Notes: generated by a model from the letters alone, not told the origin. A stretch of DNA of 64,000 nucleotides from Neophaeotheca triangularis (GCA_054600435.1 BAAIJX010000003.1:496001-560000); one strand, 5' to 3'. Positions 1 to 12,658 are shown, counted from the stretch's first letter. Program-made: numbers and translations.

Positions 1-2
1 TC

Positions 3-1211
3 ATCGGCCGCTACCCTGCGAAAAAGGATGATAGCAAGCGCACGATTCTGGTTTACGGACACTACGATGTCCAGCCTGCAAACAAGAGCGATGGTTGGTC
101 GACCGAGCCTTTCAAGCTCAGCGTGGATGACAAGGGTAGGATGTACGGGCGAGGAAGCACCGACGACAAAGGTCCTGTGCTCGGGTGGGTGAATGCGATT
201 GAGGCACACCAAAAGGCCGGCGTGGACTTCCCCGTCAACCTGCTCATGTGCTTTGAGGGTATGGAGGAGTATGGCTCTGAGGGTCTGGACGACTTCATCA
301 TCGCCGAGAGCAAGCCCGGAAAGTTCTTTTCCGACGCAGATGCCGTTTGCATTTCGGACAACTACTGGCTAGGCACCGAGAAGCCCTGCCTCACGTACGG
401 TCTTAGGGGTTGCAACTACTACTCCATCGAGATCTCCGGCCCAGGCCAAGATCTACACTCCGGTGTTTTTGGAGGAACAGCGCAAGAGCCCATGACCGAC
501 TTGGTGCGAGTAATGGCAACTCTCGTCGACGGCGACGGCAACATTCAAGTTCCAGGCATCAAGGAGATGGTCGCCCCCGTTACCGAAGAAGAGAAGAGCC
601 TCTACAAAGACATCAGCTTCACGATGGAGAACCTTTACGAATCTCTCGGCAGCAAGACCGGCATCTTCCCCGACAAGGAGCGCACCCTCATGGGTAGGTG
701 GCGATACCCATCGCTCTCCCTCCACGGCGTCGAGGGCGCCTTCTCTGCCCCTGGCGCGAAGACCGTCATCCCCGCCAAGGTCGTCGGCAAGTTCTCAATC
801 CGCACAGTTCCAGACATGGACCCGGATCAAGTTGACAAATGCGTGATCGACTACGTCAATGCACAGTTCAAAAAGCTCGGCTCGAAGAACACCGTGAACT
901 GCTACTTGCAACACAGCGGCAAATGGTGGGTAGCATCGCCAAACCACTGGAACTTCACCGCTGCCGCAAAGGCCGTGGAGAAGGTCTGGGGCGTCAAGCC
1001 TGATTTGACCAGAGAGGGTGGCAGTATCCCGGTCACATTGACTTTTGAACAGGCGACGGGCAAGAACGTGCTGCTCCTGCCAATGGGTAGCAGCACTGAT
1101 GCTGCGCACTCGATCAACGAGAAGTTGGATCGGAGGAACTACATTGAGGGGATTAAACTGCTGGGAAGCTACCTGCATTACGTCGCGGAAGAGCCTATGA
1201 AAGCGGCATGA
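3..1211 (+). CDS. DUG1: Cys-Gly metallodipeptidase, M20 family (CNDP2/Dug1-like); 5' end lies outside the window
   Basis: Frame is open from base 3 (IGRYP...LVYGHYDVQP) into the listed ORF. M20 motifs GHYDVQP, GRGSTDDKGP, EGMEEYGS, DLHSG and AHSINEK are present. TGA at 1209-1211. Confidence 0.95.
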   Translation: MGRYPAKKDDSKRTILVYGHYDVQPANKSDGWSTEPFKLSVDDKGRMYGRGSTDDKGPVLGWVNAIEAHQKAGVDFPVNLLMCFEGMEEYGSEGLDDFIIAESKPGKFFSDADAVCISDNYWLGTEKPCLTYGLRGCNYYSIEISGPGQDLHSGVFGGTAQEPMTDLVRVMATLVDGDGNIQVPGIKEMVAPVTEEEKSLYKDISFTMENLYESLGSKTGIFPDKERTLMGRWRYPSLSLHGVEGAFSAPGAKTVIPAKVVGKFSIRTVPDMDPDQVDKCVIDYVNAQFKKLGSKNTVNCYLQHSGKWWVASPNHWNFTAAAKAVEKVWGVKPDLTREGGSIPVTLTFEQATGKNVLLLPMGSSTDAAHSINEKLDRRNYIEGIKLLGSYLHYVAEEPMKAA

Positions 1212-1768
1212 TTTGATTAGGCGAAGAGGAGAGTTGCAATGCTTGCTATAGCATAATGAAAGCGCTTTAGCTACATATTTTTGCGCTTTGACAAGGTGAA
1301 ATGAACATGGAAGTGTCCAATACGTGATAGTAACAAGCATCTCTTCGATACGCTTGCCATGTGGTCCCGAAAGCTTGATGAAAGCCTGTTTGAACCCACC
1401 TCCAACGGCAGGAGCGACAAAAGCCGACTTCATGTGGCTACAAGCCTACAACCTCTTTCGGGGAGGAATCGGGCCTTCCGCCCCTGAATTGGCAGTAAAC
1501 AAACACGCACTTTTGCGATAACACGATGCTTGAAAAGGATGTACCTTGCGGAGATACGTGGAGGTACGTGGAGGCCTTGTGGAGTACATTGCTGCGCCAT
1601 TGCCTTGTCATTGGACGACACAGGCACCGGGTAAAGTGCCTGTATTTCGATCAGGCAGGATGATGTAGGTATTATTAGGCTGAGTCTTGCTTGGTTTCCT
1701 TCTTAAGCATTATTAGTTCCCCGTTGTACTGCTAATCAACGTACTTCCTTGGGGCCTACATCGACAAA

Positions 1769-2922
1769 ATGACAAGAGTGACTGCCGTACTGCTAAGTCT
1801 GTCCGCGTTCGTGGCCACATCATTAGGCGAGCCCAATGGTGATTACACAAGCCCGGGGACCGCCATAAGGGAGAAAGGACCTCAACATTACCCCAGCCAT
1901 TGGAACCCCAAGACAGGCAAAAGGCCATCCTGCCCTTCAAAACCCTCGGGTAACGACACGCCAACCAAAATTTGGCCAGGTTGGGATGGCATCGAGTACA
2001 TGTTCGTCTTTGGCGAATCCTACACCCAGACCGGCTTCAACACCTCTCTCGCCCAACCTAATCCTGCAAACCCCCTCGGCAACCCTGACTACCCAGGCTA
2101 CACAGCCACTAATGGCCCAAACTGGGTCGACTTCCTAACAACGACCTACAACGCCACTTTCCTCCAAACCATCAACCTCGCCTCCGGCGGTGCAACCGTC
2201 GACTCCGCTCTCGTCGAACCCTACGCTCCGACCGTTCTCAGCCTCATCGATCAGGTCCAAACAGAGTACCTTCCCATCTACTCCGACTCCCCCGACTTCT
2301 TCTCCTGGATACCCAACAACACCCTCTTTGCCGCCTTTTTCGGTATCAACGACATCGGCAACAGCTACGCCAACGCCAACAGCACACTGTACACCCAGAT
2401 CTTCGCCAAGTACGCCGAGCAAACTGATGTCCTCTACCAATCCGGTGCTCGCAACTTCCTCTTCTTGAATGTACCGCCCGTTGACCGCTCGCCGTTGACT
2501 GCCGAGCAGGGTCCCGAGGCACAGGCACTTGAATCCAGCGTGATACAAGCTTTCAACCAGAACGTAACCACTCTAGCCGAGAACCTTACGAGCACTTACG
2601 CCGATGCGACGGCTTTCGTCTTCAACACGCATGAGCTTTTCACGCAGGTGCTGGATGAGCCTTGCTCGTGGCCTGAGACTTGTGCATATAGGAATACTAC
2701 TGGGTTTTGCGATGCTTGTAAGTCTTCATCTAAGCATCTCAAGTTCAAAGGAACGATAGACTGACAGCGATAGATTACAACGGCACGCCTGAGTGGGATA
2801 CTTTCTATGAGAACAACTGCAGTCTTCCCGTTGACGAGTACTTTTGGCTGAACGATTTGCACCCTACTTACAGGGTTATGAATGCTACTGCTAGGGCTAT
2901 TGTAGAGGATTTGAGTGTCTAG
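1769..2922 (+). CDS. Secreted SGNH/GDSL acetylesterase (CE16-like), 365 aa, 2 exons (1769-2717, 2774-2922)
   Basis: Signal peptide; blocks FVFGESYT, NGPNWVD, NLASGGATVD, FGINDI. Intron 2718-2773 (GTAAGT...CTGAC...TAG) restores C-terminal YFWLNDLHPT with the catalytic His. Stop TAG 2920-2922. Confidence 0.9.
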
Positions 2923-3056
2923 AGGTCGAGTGAGGTACTGCAGTAACACGAAGCTCCTCGTATCAAAACCACCACGTATCCACTACCCGCAGACGTTCGA
3001 CCAACTACGGCAGCACGCCCGGGACAAACCATTGTGCCTCCAACTAAGCCACCGCG

Positions 3057-3512
3057 TCAATGTTCAAATCTAAAGCGGGTAGTCCTGAGCGATTTCGCGA
3101 AAACATGTACCCCCTGCGCCGCCATCCACTTTCCCAAGTCCCCGCTCCTGTGAAATTCATGGCGCAATCGACAGCAATTGCGGCGCGCGAGCTCAAATGC
3201 ATAATTGTCGGCCAATTCTGGTGTCGCAAAAGCCTTGCACTTGCTACCCAAGCTCGTTGTCGTTTCGGCGCGCTCTCGGGTGCCGGATTCGGTGAGTTTG
3301 GTGTCCCAGACGATCCATATATTCTGGACAATCGGCATGCTGATTTGCGTGAGAGTGTTGGTTGAGGCTGTCTGGGTGGTAATTGTGGTGTTGTTGGCGT
3401 TGGAGTTGGTTGTTTGGGTTGCCAGGGATTGGCTTGCCATTCGAACTGTAGTGTTGGTCGTTTGGCGTCGGAGGCCACAGTTTGTCAACTGAGCTGTGGT
3501 GAGGGCGTTCAT
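3057..3512 (-). CDS. Hypothetical 151-aa protein with Thr/Asn-rich N-terminus
   Basis: ATG-initiated ORF between two genes with plausible globular C-terminal half; no recognisable domain. Confidence 0.35.
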   Translation of the reverse strand: MNALTTAQLTNCGLRRQTTNTTVRMASQSLATQTTNSNANNTTITTQTASTNTLTQISMPIVQNIWIVWDTKLTESGTRERAETTTSLGSKCKAFATPELADNYAFELARRNCCRLRHEFHRSGDLGKWMAAQGVHVFAKSLRTTRFRFEH

Positions 3513-4013
3513 CGTTGGTATGACTACAGTCTAGCACTTCGAAGAGGCTCAGTGAAGACTATGTAGGCACGGAGAGTTTGGATCGGAGTGGGAGATCGGG
3601 CTGCACTGTGCGATCCTACGACAAAACAAGATTTGTCCGATTGCAAAGGGTTCGGGGTCTCGATCAAGCAGATGTGCTTGCTGGCTGATTGCTTGACTAC
3701 TCTAAACGATCGGCCTTTTTCGCCGGGCTTCTGCAGATGAAGAGACGAGAGTGAACACTATGCTCCAGGATAGAAGCTGCAAATAATGATGTCAAGGGGC
3801 AAGGTGCTCAAACGGCGATTTGTATGGAGAGGGAATGATAGTTGTCTGCATACTGGAACCTCGTCTTTGCAGACCAAGTTGAGTACTGTACTTGCTCCTC
3901 CATCAGAATGCATCTTGTCCTACCATCGAATGATCGAACTGCTTGAGAATATGGTACAATGATCGGTCGCTCACTTGGCCTTCCCACCCGCACATCCAGT
4001 TGCCGTATGTCCA

Positions 4014-5867
4014 TCAAACCATCAAACCGACAAACATTTGAGCTCCCACCAGCATTGCAACAACCATAGGCCCTACCCTCACTCTCGACCCTGCACTGGC
4101 GCCTGGAACATCACTCCGGAAACAAGGTCCATGCCCAGAGCAGGCGCCGCGACCAGCCGTCGACGTGCTCGTCCCGGTCTCAGTCTCTACGGACAGGGAC
4201 GCCGTAACACTGGTCACGGCCTCGCTGAATCTGCTCTCGGCCGCCAGCTCCTCGATGACCGATTCAGTACTATCCTCAGGCCCAAAACCAATGGCCCCGG
4301 GAGCCGTGGGAACCCAGCTGGCGACCCGGGTGATGGTAGCTGCTCTTGAGGTATCCGAGTTTGTGGGGTCCGCCGACCAAGTCGTTAAGGTCGTGAGGAC
4401 AGGGGTTACGGCCGCGAACCTCCCATCAGCAGGGGCATGAGATCCGTAAGCTATGTTCGCGAGCGGCGGGGTTGTAGTGAATTGTGACAAGAGACTCTCG
4501 ATCCCAAGGACTTGTCCGCTCAAGACGGGCGTCGGCAGTTGCTGGCCCCCTAGCCAGCGTCTCAGGCGTTGGATGAAGAGGTAAGCGAGGGGCTCAGGGG
4601 AAGAGCAGAAATTCTGGAAACGTTGCTGCTGTTGCCAGATTTCGGGAAAAGGCAGATTGGCGTTGGAGGCCAGGCAGGAGGCGCAGGTGGTGAAGTTGGA
4701 CCAAAGTGGGCTGGAGGAGTTGAACGTTGTGGAAGGGTCGGTATCGCAGAAGCAGAACTGGAACGACAAAGACTGCTCCTGGTCGTAAGGGTCGTTCCAA
4801 GGGCCGTTGTTGGAGTAACAGGCTGATATTGCCGTCATGATCTCGCCACAGCTGCCTGAGGTATCACCATTCTCTTCCTTTTGGTCGCTGGAAAGGGTGT
4901 AGCAAGCTTCGATGGCTTCGGCGTCGATTCTGGAGCTTGAATTTGAACTAGCTGCTGCTGAAATCTCAAGAGAGAAGTCGGCAGTGGCCGTCATCAGAGG
5001 TATCATTATGAGATCGGCTGGGTCGATCAAGACGTTCTCACTTGCGATGGCGCTGGAGATGTCACTGGCCAAGCTGCGACCGGGCGTATGAATCGCCATC
5101 GTCATAGCCATGGCGGCACCCGAGGGGTTGCTGCTAAGACTACCGACAGAGGCGATCGGACCGCTTGTTGTGCTCATAGCAAGGGCGACTGTAACGGTGT
5201 TGGTCGGAGAAATCATCGTCGGTGAGAAAGGTCCAAAGGGGGTGCTCGGTTGGCCAATAGATCCAGTGCCACCGTTTGGGTGTAAGACTAAGGTGACTCC
5301 CACTGTCTCAGTTGTTGCCCTTAGTGTCGCGCTTGTGAGCTCCCGACGAGCGGCGAAGAGCAAAAAGTTTGTTGAGTTTGCTGATACCTTGTCTGTACCA
5401 CTGACTAGAACAAAGGGAAAAGCGTTTGGTAAAATAGTTGGAACAGAAGTCGGGTTTGATGCCTGCTGTTGAGATATCAGAGTTCCAAGTTGATGGAGAG
5501 GTAGAGAAAGGGCAGTAGAAGAAGTCGAGCTTCGAAGTTGGGTAAGGTCTGGCAGGGCGCTCGTGACTTGGAGCACGCTTGTGATCAGCGTTGCTGTATG
5601 ACTGGATTCGTCAGAAGCCGAGGAACTGATTGAGAAGACGGAAACCTGTGTAGAAGTGACGAGTCCTATTTCGCACAAAGTAATAGTAGAGGTGTAAGTA
5701 ACCGGGAAAGTGGAGACCGGATGGCGGATGGGAGTGACGAGGGGAGTGACGAATCGGAACGAGCTTGTGATTGTCTCGCCTCTTGTATGGGCCTTTGATC
5801 CGTAGTCTTGTCGTTTGAGCTTGAGGATAGAGATCTTCGCAAAAAAGTTGTCCGCCGGCCACCTCAC
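4014..5867 (-). CDS. Ser/Thr-rich cell-surface protein with a Cys-rich domain and probable GPI-anchor signal; true 5' end unresolved
   Basis: 617-codon ORF. Mucin-like S/T tracts; Cys cluster (ACY...SCGE...ACY...FCFC...TCASC...NFC); C-terminus ...GASAGSRVRVGPMVVAMLVGAQMFVGLMV has small residues plus a hydrophobic tail. A possible intron at 5867-5932 suggests upstream exons that I could not fix. Confidence 0.7.
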   Translation of the reverse strand: MRWPADNFFAKISILKLKRQDYGSKAHTRGETITSSFRFVTPLVTPIRHPVSTFPVTYTSTITLCEIGLVTSTQVSVFSISSSASDESSHTATLITSVLQVTSALPDLTQLRSSTSSTALSLPLHQLGTLISQQQASNPTSVPTILPNAFPFVLVSGTDKVSANSTNFLLFAARRELTSATLRATTETVGVTLVLHPNGGTGSIGQPSTPFGPFSPTMISPTNTVTVALAMSTTSGPIASVGSLSSNPSGAAMAMTMAIHTPGRSLASDISSAIASENVLIDPADLIMIPLMTATADFSLEISAAASSNSSSRIDAEAIEACYTLSSDQKEENGDTSGSCGEIMTAISACYSNNGPWNDPYDQEQSLSFQFCFCDTDPSTTFNSSSPLWSNFTTCASCLASNANLPFPEIWQQQQRFQNFCSSPEPLAYLFIQRLRRWLGGQQLPTPVLSGQVLGIESLLSQFTTTPPLANIAYGSHAPADGRFAAVTPVLTTLTTWSADPTNSDTSRAATITRVASWVPTAPGAIGFGPEDSTESVIEELAAESRFSEAVTSVTASLSVETETGTSTSTAGRGACSGHGPCFRSDVPGASAGSRVRVGPMVVAMLVGAQMFVGLMV

Positions 5868-8059
5868 TGGAGTGGAAGAGTATAATGAGGATAACAGCCG
5901 AAAGTGAAGGCATGTCTTCGCGCTGTACTCACCGGTGATTGTATACGGATATGTAGATGGCGAATAGTGGGTGTACCGTAGAGATGGGAATGGGTACTTC
6001 TAAAGCTGTTGACTCAGGGGGAAGAGGTAGAGGAAATGTTGTGGAAAAGCAAAGATTGAAAGTTCGAAAGCTTGCAAGGTTACTGACAAGAAAACGAAAT
6101 ACAGACAGATATTGTAGAAATATCACTAAAGTAAAGAAAAAGATTTGTAGTGGGAGGCCGTAGGTAAAAGGCCGTACATGTGAAATCCCATTGACATCAA
6201 CATCGTTGAAGGTCGATTTATAGCTCGGGATCTCTGGAGAAAAGACGAAGGGATACTGCACGGAGGCTCCAGAAGCATGAGAATTGGCTTCTTCTCAAGC
6301 TACTCAACGAAGCGAACAGAACGATCGACGATTCTAGATTGCTTGCTCTGCATCGTGAGTCGCAGAAGAAGCTTTGGGGAGCCAGAGAATCGCAACTAGA
6401 GGCTCTCGCCAACGGAGATTGATTAGAACGCTTCATGCCTAATGTTGCGATCGATGCGAAGAGTTCAGATTGCGACCATAAACTACCATGGAGATGGGTT
6501 CGAAATATGGCCCAAAGGTAGCGAGACCAGCATCGGAGGACGAGTTAGAGCGCACTGAACGGCGCTTTGCGTCGTGAAGGAGGAATCAATGAAAATCCAT
6601 GGGCGAATTTTTCGCGCTCGATTCCTAAAGTCGGTCGTAGGTCGGTCGTAGGTCACGGCAACAATCGGAAGCAACCGGCGAGAGTCTAAGCTGCCTCCAT
6701 ATTGCAACCGAGCGGCCCCAGATCCTCACTGTAAGGCACCGTCCCTGCTGAGAGTTCATTCTACTTCATGTATGGAGAATGGCCGAACTAAGTGATGACC
6801 GGGCTGATACGTAGAGTATGGGGGCATGTTTTGATCGCCACCATGGGAACTGGATAGGGCGATTGTTACGGCTTCCCTGGGTTGATTTTCGAAAGCATTA
6901 TGCTCTGTTTGAGCGAGGGTTGATGGATAAAGGAGAGGAAGACGTTGTCTGATGTCGTGGTCGCGCTCCTCGAAAGCTGGAGATGCGCCGCCGGCTGAGC
7001 TTCGGAACAGGCCAACCTTCTTGCCACGTCACGTCGTCGACAACACACTACCGTACCTACTGTAGGTACCTTACCCGTGATCACCTACCTAACCTACTTA
7101 TTGACACAGTTGGACCTCACTCTCCCATATCAAATCGTAAATAGGACCGATGTTCCGATACTGGTCGCCTTCGAAAGTATGCAATCCGCGTCACCCCTGA
7201 ACAACAGGCTGGCCACGAGAAGCGACGGCGACGCTATTGCATGTGCGGACGTGGCCGTTTGAGAAACCCAAGAAATGCAGGGCATGCACTCAATGCACAT
7301 CTATCCCACTTCCATGGCAGATGCGCGAAGCCAATCGGCAACTGAGCTATGACGAGCGCGAATGGGAGAAATCCCTCTGCAAAGCTACCCAACCTCGAAT
7401 CTTCACGTCAACATACGCTTCACCCTTCCGGTATTCAATTGCATTAGCGACCTCTTGATGCTCTTCGTTCCACCTCACGCGGTACTCTTGCTTTCCAGTA
7501 GCACCAGCTCAGCATAGGTACTCCCAATGTGTCGTCCAACGTGGAGCCAGTCACGTGGAAGCAATGTCTGCGTAGACGTTGGCAGTACAGCAGTTCACGC
7601 CCGTCGCCTCCTGCCTCCCGCCTGCCCGCCTCCGTCCCGTTGCTGCTGGTGCCCGTTCATGGCACTTGACCCACCTCATTGTAACACCATAGTACTCGTA
7701 CTCCCGGACTCGGATCTGGATGGCCGGATGGTCCCACGTCTTGCCAGTGAGCTTGGGCACTCACTTTCGATCTCGAGGTGGTCTGCTTCTTGGCTCGAGG
7801 TAGGTCTGTGACTTTCCCCGTATCATTCTTCTTGCTCGATTCAATGCTATACCACTGTTCCATAATCATCTCGTCTTCACCAACAATTTCGACCCTCCAA
7901 CAAGTATTAAGCGTAGCATTCGGAGAGGTGCTACGATGGCACGAGCTTCGCATCGTCGTTACATAAGCCACCGCTTCTCCTTCTAAGGGACCCACAAGCT
8001 CTTCAGATACATCATTCCTTATCGTGAGGCTCACTAGCGCATAGCGCGGGACAAGAGCT

Positions 8060-11000
8060 ATGTCGGATCTTGAAGCAGTCAAAAACCGCTATGGCTTCAA
8101 GGCAAGAAGATCTTTGACATCGAGTTAAAACAATCAGCCATTGACTTGTTCGTATAGAGCATATCTATAGCTACTTGGCGAGATCCAAGCCAGAGCATTC
8201 ATCCAGCACGCGGAGGACCGAGAACACCGAACGTTTCCCCGGATTCTTTCAAACCGTACGTACCAACGTACAAGGTATCGTATCAGAAGAAACCCGAGCC
8301 AGCACTTCCGGAACCAAAGGACGACGAGGAGTCCTCCAGTGACGACGGGAAGGGGGAAAAAGAGGGTAAATCTAATCTCGCAAAAGCTCTAACATCCGCA
8401 CGCTGACAATGAGCTGGGAAATCACCTCAGATTCTGGCGCGGGACAACTGCAAGAAGCCCAACCTGGGGACGATATACCGGCACCGGATACCCAAGGCGC
8501 GGAAGTCACTTCAGGGGGAGACGTACATACAGGTCAAGAGAGCGAGGCAGACTTAACCCCAGCTCTTCTCGAGACTGAAGGAGCTACATTGGAGACGCCT
8601 GTTCTAAAGCAGAGCTCGAAAGCCCCCGAAACTGCTCCTGCCGACCAGGAAATTCCCCTCACCAACGGAGCAGAAGCCGATCCATTCGAAAGCAGCCTCG
8701 TTCAAAGTGAGGATTCAACTCATCCGGACAGCGACCCGCAGATTGACGAGATCATCGTTGAGATTATGCAACCTGCCGAACCAACTCCAACGACCGAAGT
8801 TTCAGGCAAAAAGAAGGGCAAGAAAGGCAAAACTAAGAGCAAGAAATCTGCTAAAATTGCCGAGGAGCACCATATAGCTCATTTAGAACCTCCGGTGGCC
8901 GAGGACGCAAAACCTGATTCCGAGGAGCATGTAAGACCCGAAAAAGTTGCTGAGGAAGCTGACGTCAGCGAGTCAAACATACCAGCAAACGATGTTCTCG
9001 CCCCAGTCTCTGGTGAAGTTGTCGCTAGTGCGGATGCACCACCCGAAGCTGTGTCTGGAAATACTGGTAACGCCGAAGCGTCTCTTAACGACATTCCAGA
9101 CCCTCAGGGCCCAGATAAAGCACCCGAGCAACCTGGCAGCGATCCAACGCTCTCGAAAGATCAATCGGTGGTTAACACTGGCGCGCCTCCTCCCGCACCC
9201 TCTCCACCAGTTGCCCCAATTGATGACCCATTCGAACAAGCCCTGGATGACCCGTTTGCTTCTATACCGCTCGTTGGACCCCGGCCGCCAACTTCGGGCG
9301 GCAGAGCAGACAACGAGCTTGCAGCAGCAGCAGAAGACGTACTCCCGAATTTCGACGTCCCTACCACGAATGGAGCAGACGCAGAGCCTGAGGAGGCACC
9401 TCCAAGCAGTCCGAGGACAGTAAGTTCCGCGCCAGGAACTCCCGATCCCAAATCGAGGAAGAAGAAGACTACCAAAGGCAGCGCTGGCAAGACTTCGAAG
9501 TCGAAAAAGAAGAAAGCTGTATCCGTTGAGGAGTCGCCTGATGATATCGTAGCTATTGTGGATGGGGCCGAGGGGGCGCCTGCTGCGCCTGCGGAGGGGG
9601 TGGAGCGATCTAATCAGCCAACTGAGAGCGTTGAACAAGGCGACGAGGCGAAGGAAGGTGACAAGCAAGTACCAGCTTCTGCAGATCCTGTTGTTGCTGA
9701 CGGTGCGGCACCCGAGCCTGAAGCCACTAAAGCCGGCAAGCATGAAGAAACAGACGTTGTCATAGAAGAAATACTCGACAAAGATGCAGAACCTGAGCCC
9801 AGCTCATCATCGATTAACGGCGCCATTGCGGAGCCTGCTGGAGAAGCAATACCCGCTGAAGATCCTGCCCCGACCAAAGATGCAGAGCCTCAATCCGAGC
9901 TCCGCACGGCCACGGAGCTGTCCCCGGAAGAGAGCAAGGAAAATGAGGACATCCTAGTAGAGATCACTGGCGAGCCTGCACCTTCACCAGCAGAAGGCAG
10001 AAAGAAAAAGAAGGACAAAGGCACGAAATCAAGCAAAGGCAAATTCAGGGGCCAAGCCATTTCCAAGCTCGCTGCAAAGTTTGAAACGCAGTCGAACGAT
10101 TCTGTGGCGGACATAACAGATGCTTCCGGCCCTTTGAAGGATGAGTCTATTACGCCCGTGGAGGGTCACGAGGGGGCTGATCAACCAAAGACTGCCCAAG
10201 GGGACAGCCCTGCGCCAGCTGATGCGGCTAGCGAGACCACACAATCTGCTCCCTGCACGGACGCCACGTCGGAAACCAGCAAGGTACCAAGCGAGCCCAC
10301 CGAGCCCACTGTAGATGAAGTGTCCTCGTCAGACAAAAAGGGCAACGACAACGGCCCGGAAGACAACAAATCGGCTGGACCCCCGGATGGACCGGGGATC
10401 AGTGAACTGAGCGATGAACCTGCCGTCGATGGAGTTGCTGCCGAGGAAGAACCTTCAAAGGGGGCGGAAGAATCGGGGGCGAGCATGCAAGCGGAAAGGG
10501 ACGTCGGGCAGCCAGTGGTCGAGCTTACAGGTGTTGATATTGCGAACGACGCCACCAAGAATTCGCAAGACCCGAGTCAGGATGAAGCCGCTAAAGAGGA
10601 GCCGTCCGAAGGAAAAGCACTCGAAGGAAATCCGGCTGGTCAAGATATTTCCACCGTGGGAGCCAGCGCGGAAGCGGCACCCAATGTCGAGCCCAACGAG
10701 CTAGAGCCGCGGCAGGATGAAGCAGAGATGGGCGAGGAGGGGAAAGCGAGCGTACACGCCATTCAAATGCCCGAGGAAGAAGCTGTTTCTGACACTGGAG
10801 ATGTCGGTCCTGACGCTGATAAAGCAGCTGATGAGGACCTCGCGGCTGATCCATCTGACCAAGGAACCGAGGAAGGCCAATCCCCAGAAGAAGCGACGCC
10901 TAGCCAGATCGAGACAACAGATCAGACCGGCGAGGCAACGGGAGCCACGTCGAATGAAAATGAGGGAGACGATGCGGCTCCAGTAAAAACGGAGGACGAG

Positions 11001-12206
11001 GGCAAGGTCGAGCAAGAACCGCCATCAGATGTTCCAGTGGCCGACGGCTCAAATACAACCCTGACACACAAAGGCCCCCAGGATGCTCCACCAGCCGGTG
11101 AGACCGTCGAGGCAGACGGACCAGCGTCAGGGAGAAGCGATAAGCCAATTGCATCCACAACGGAGGAACCACCAAAAGAGCCAGACATGACAACCCCCCA
11201 AGCAGAAGCCCAAGATCTCCCGCAAGACGCCGCCGCCGCCGCCACCATAGCTCCGACCGAAACCTCCCCAGAAAGCACCCAGGAACCACCAGCTCCACCG
11301 TCCCCCACCCTCTCTAAAAGTAGCTCCAAGCGCCACCCAAAAAGCTGGCAACGCCCGTCCCGCAAGCGCGAATCCCTCGACCTACCCCCTCCCAAATCCC
11401 ACTCCACCAAGCCCCACTCCCACACTCCCCATCCCAAAACCTCGTCAACCAAATCCCGCGACCGCCCCCGGAACCCGCACCGCTCCTCCTCCCCCGAAAC
11501 TCGCGCCCGCCGCGAAGCCCGCCGCGCCGAAATCATCCTCATCCGCGCCGAAGAAGCCCAGCGCGCCGAGGAAGAGGAACTGCGACGGATCCGGCACGAG
11601 GAGAGGCGGCGAGCGCGCAAGCGAGCGGCGGAGGCGACAGCGCGATCAGTGCGAGAGGAGCTTGCGCGGAAAGAAGCCGAGGAGGGGAGTCGGAAGCGGG
11701 AGAAGAGGCGGTCTGAGGTGGAGAGAACGGGCCCGAGACCGGGGTTGTTTCAGGCTTTTAGTTTGGGGGATGGGGAGAGTGTTACCAAGGCTGGGTTGTT
11801 TGTTAGGAGTAGTGTGGAGAGGAGTCGTCCGCTGGAGGCGAGGACTGAGGGGGTTTCTGAAGTTAGGAGGGTGAGGAGGGAGGAAGGGGATAAGAGGGAC
11901 AGAGGGAGTTCGCATCGGAGTGGGAAGAGGCGGGATTCTCACCGGGAGGAGGCGAGGCGTTCGGTGGCTGGGGAGGAGGGTCGTGTGGGCATGGGAAGCA
12001 GGGCGGGAAATGAGGGAAAGAGGGTTGCGGATGAGGTGGAGGGGAGGCGGAGATCGAGGGGGAGTCGGATGGAGGGGGAGCGTTCGCACGGTGGTTCGCA
12101 TCGGAGTAGGAGGGGCAGTGAGAGGTCCGGGCGGAGTAGGCTGGTTGTTGAGGAAGAGAGTAAGAGGCCAGGGTTTTGGGGCGCTTTGAGGAGAGTGTTG
12201 AGTTAG
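8060..12206 (+). CDS. Large low-complexity, probably disordered protein (acidic Glu/Pro/Ala body, Lys-rich patches, Arg/Glu-rich C-terminus), 1341 aa, 3 exons (8060-8101, 8158-8365, 8431-12206)
   Basis: 1265-aa ORF extended upstream through intron 8366-8430 (GTAAAT...GCTGAC...CAG) and a GC-AG intron at 8102-8157. Exon lengths sum to 4026 nt, in frame. No recognisable domain. Confidence 0.8.
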
Positions 12207-12658
12207 GATTGCAGCGGGTCGGTATGTGATGTCTGAGGGAGGGAGGGAGCTGTGTCGTGCTGTGTAATGATAGCTAGGGTTTTCGGCTCTTTTGGGATAT
12301 GTATTATGATTGTTACGATAGTTACGACAAATGAAGCATTGTTTCCTTTAACAAGTGCCAACGTTCATAGAACAGAACCAACGTTCGTTAAGAGCTGTTA
12401 AGGGTGAGTTTCTCGGCTACAGTCGAATGCATCGAAACCTGCATCTTATTAGCTGTTCTTGATTGTGGCTCAGGGAAGCGCACGAAAGCACTTTACTGCG
12501 ATTCAAATCGTAGATAAGCAAGAAGCCTCATTGAAGTTAGTTCATAACCTCTCCGTTCCTCGCAGATATGTATAGCCTGACAAGCGTTTCAATCGTGATG
12601 TTCCGGTCGGTCTACTAGCAACCACACTTCCTCCAATTATGCATCGCAACCAACCAAA

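Noticed and set aside
8879..12189. Many long antisense or alternate-frame ORFs here and over GH35, OSH3, TOM70, the P450 and RPL15
   Set aside because: Shadow ORFs expected from GC-rich codon bias on the opposite strand of real genes; no domains of their own.
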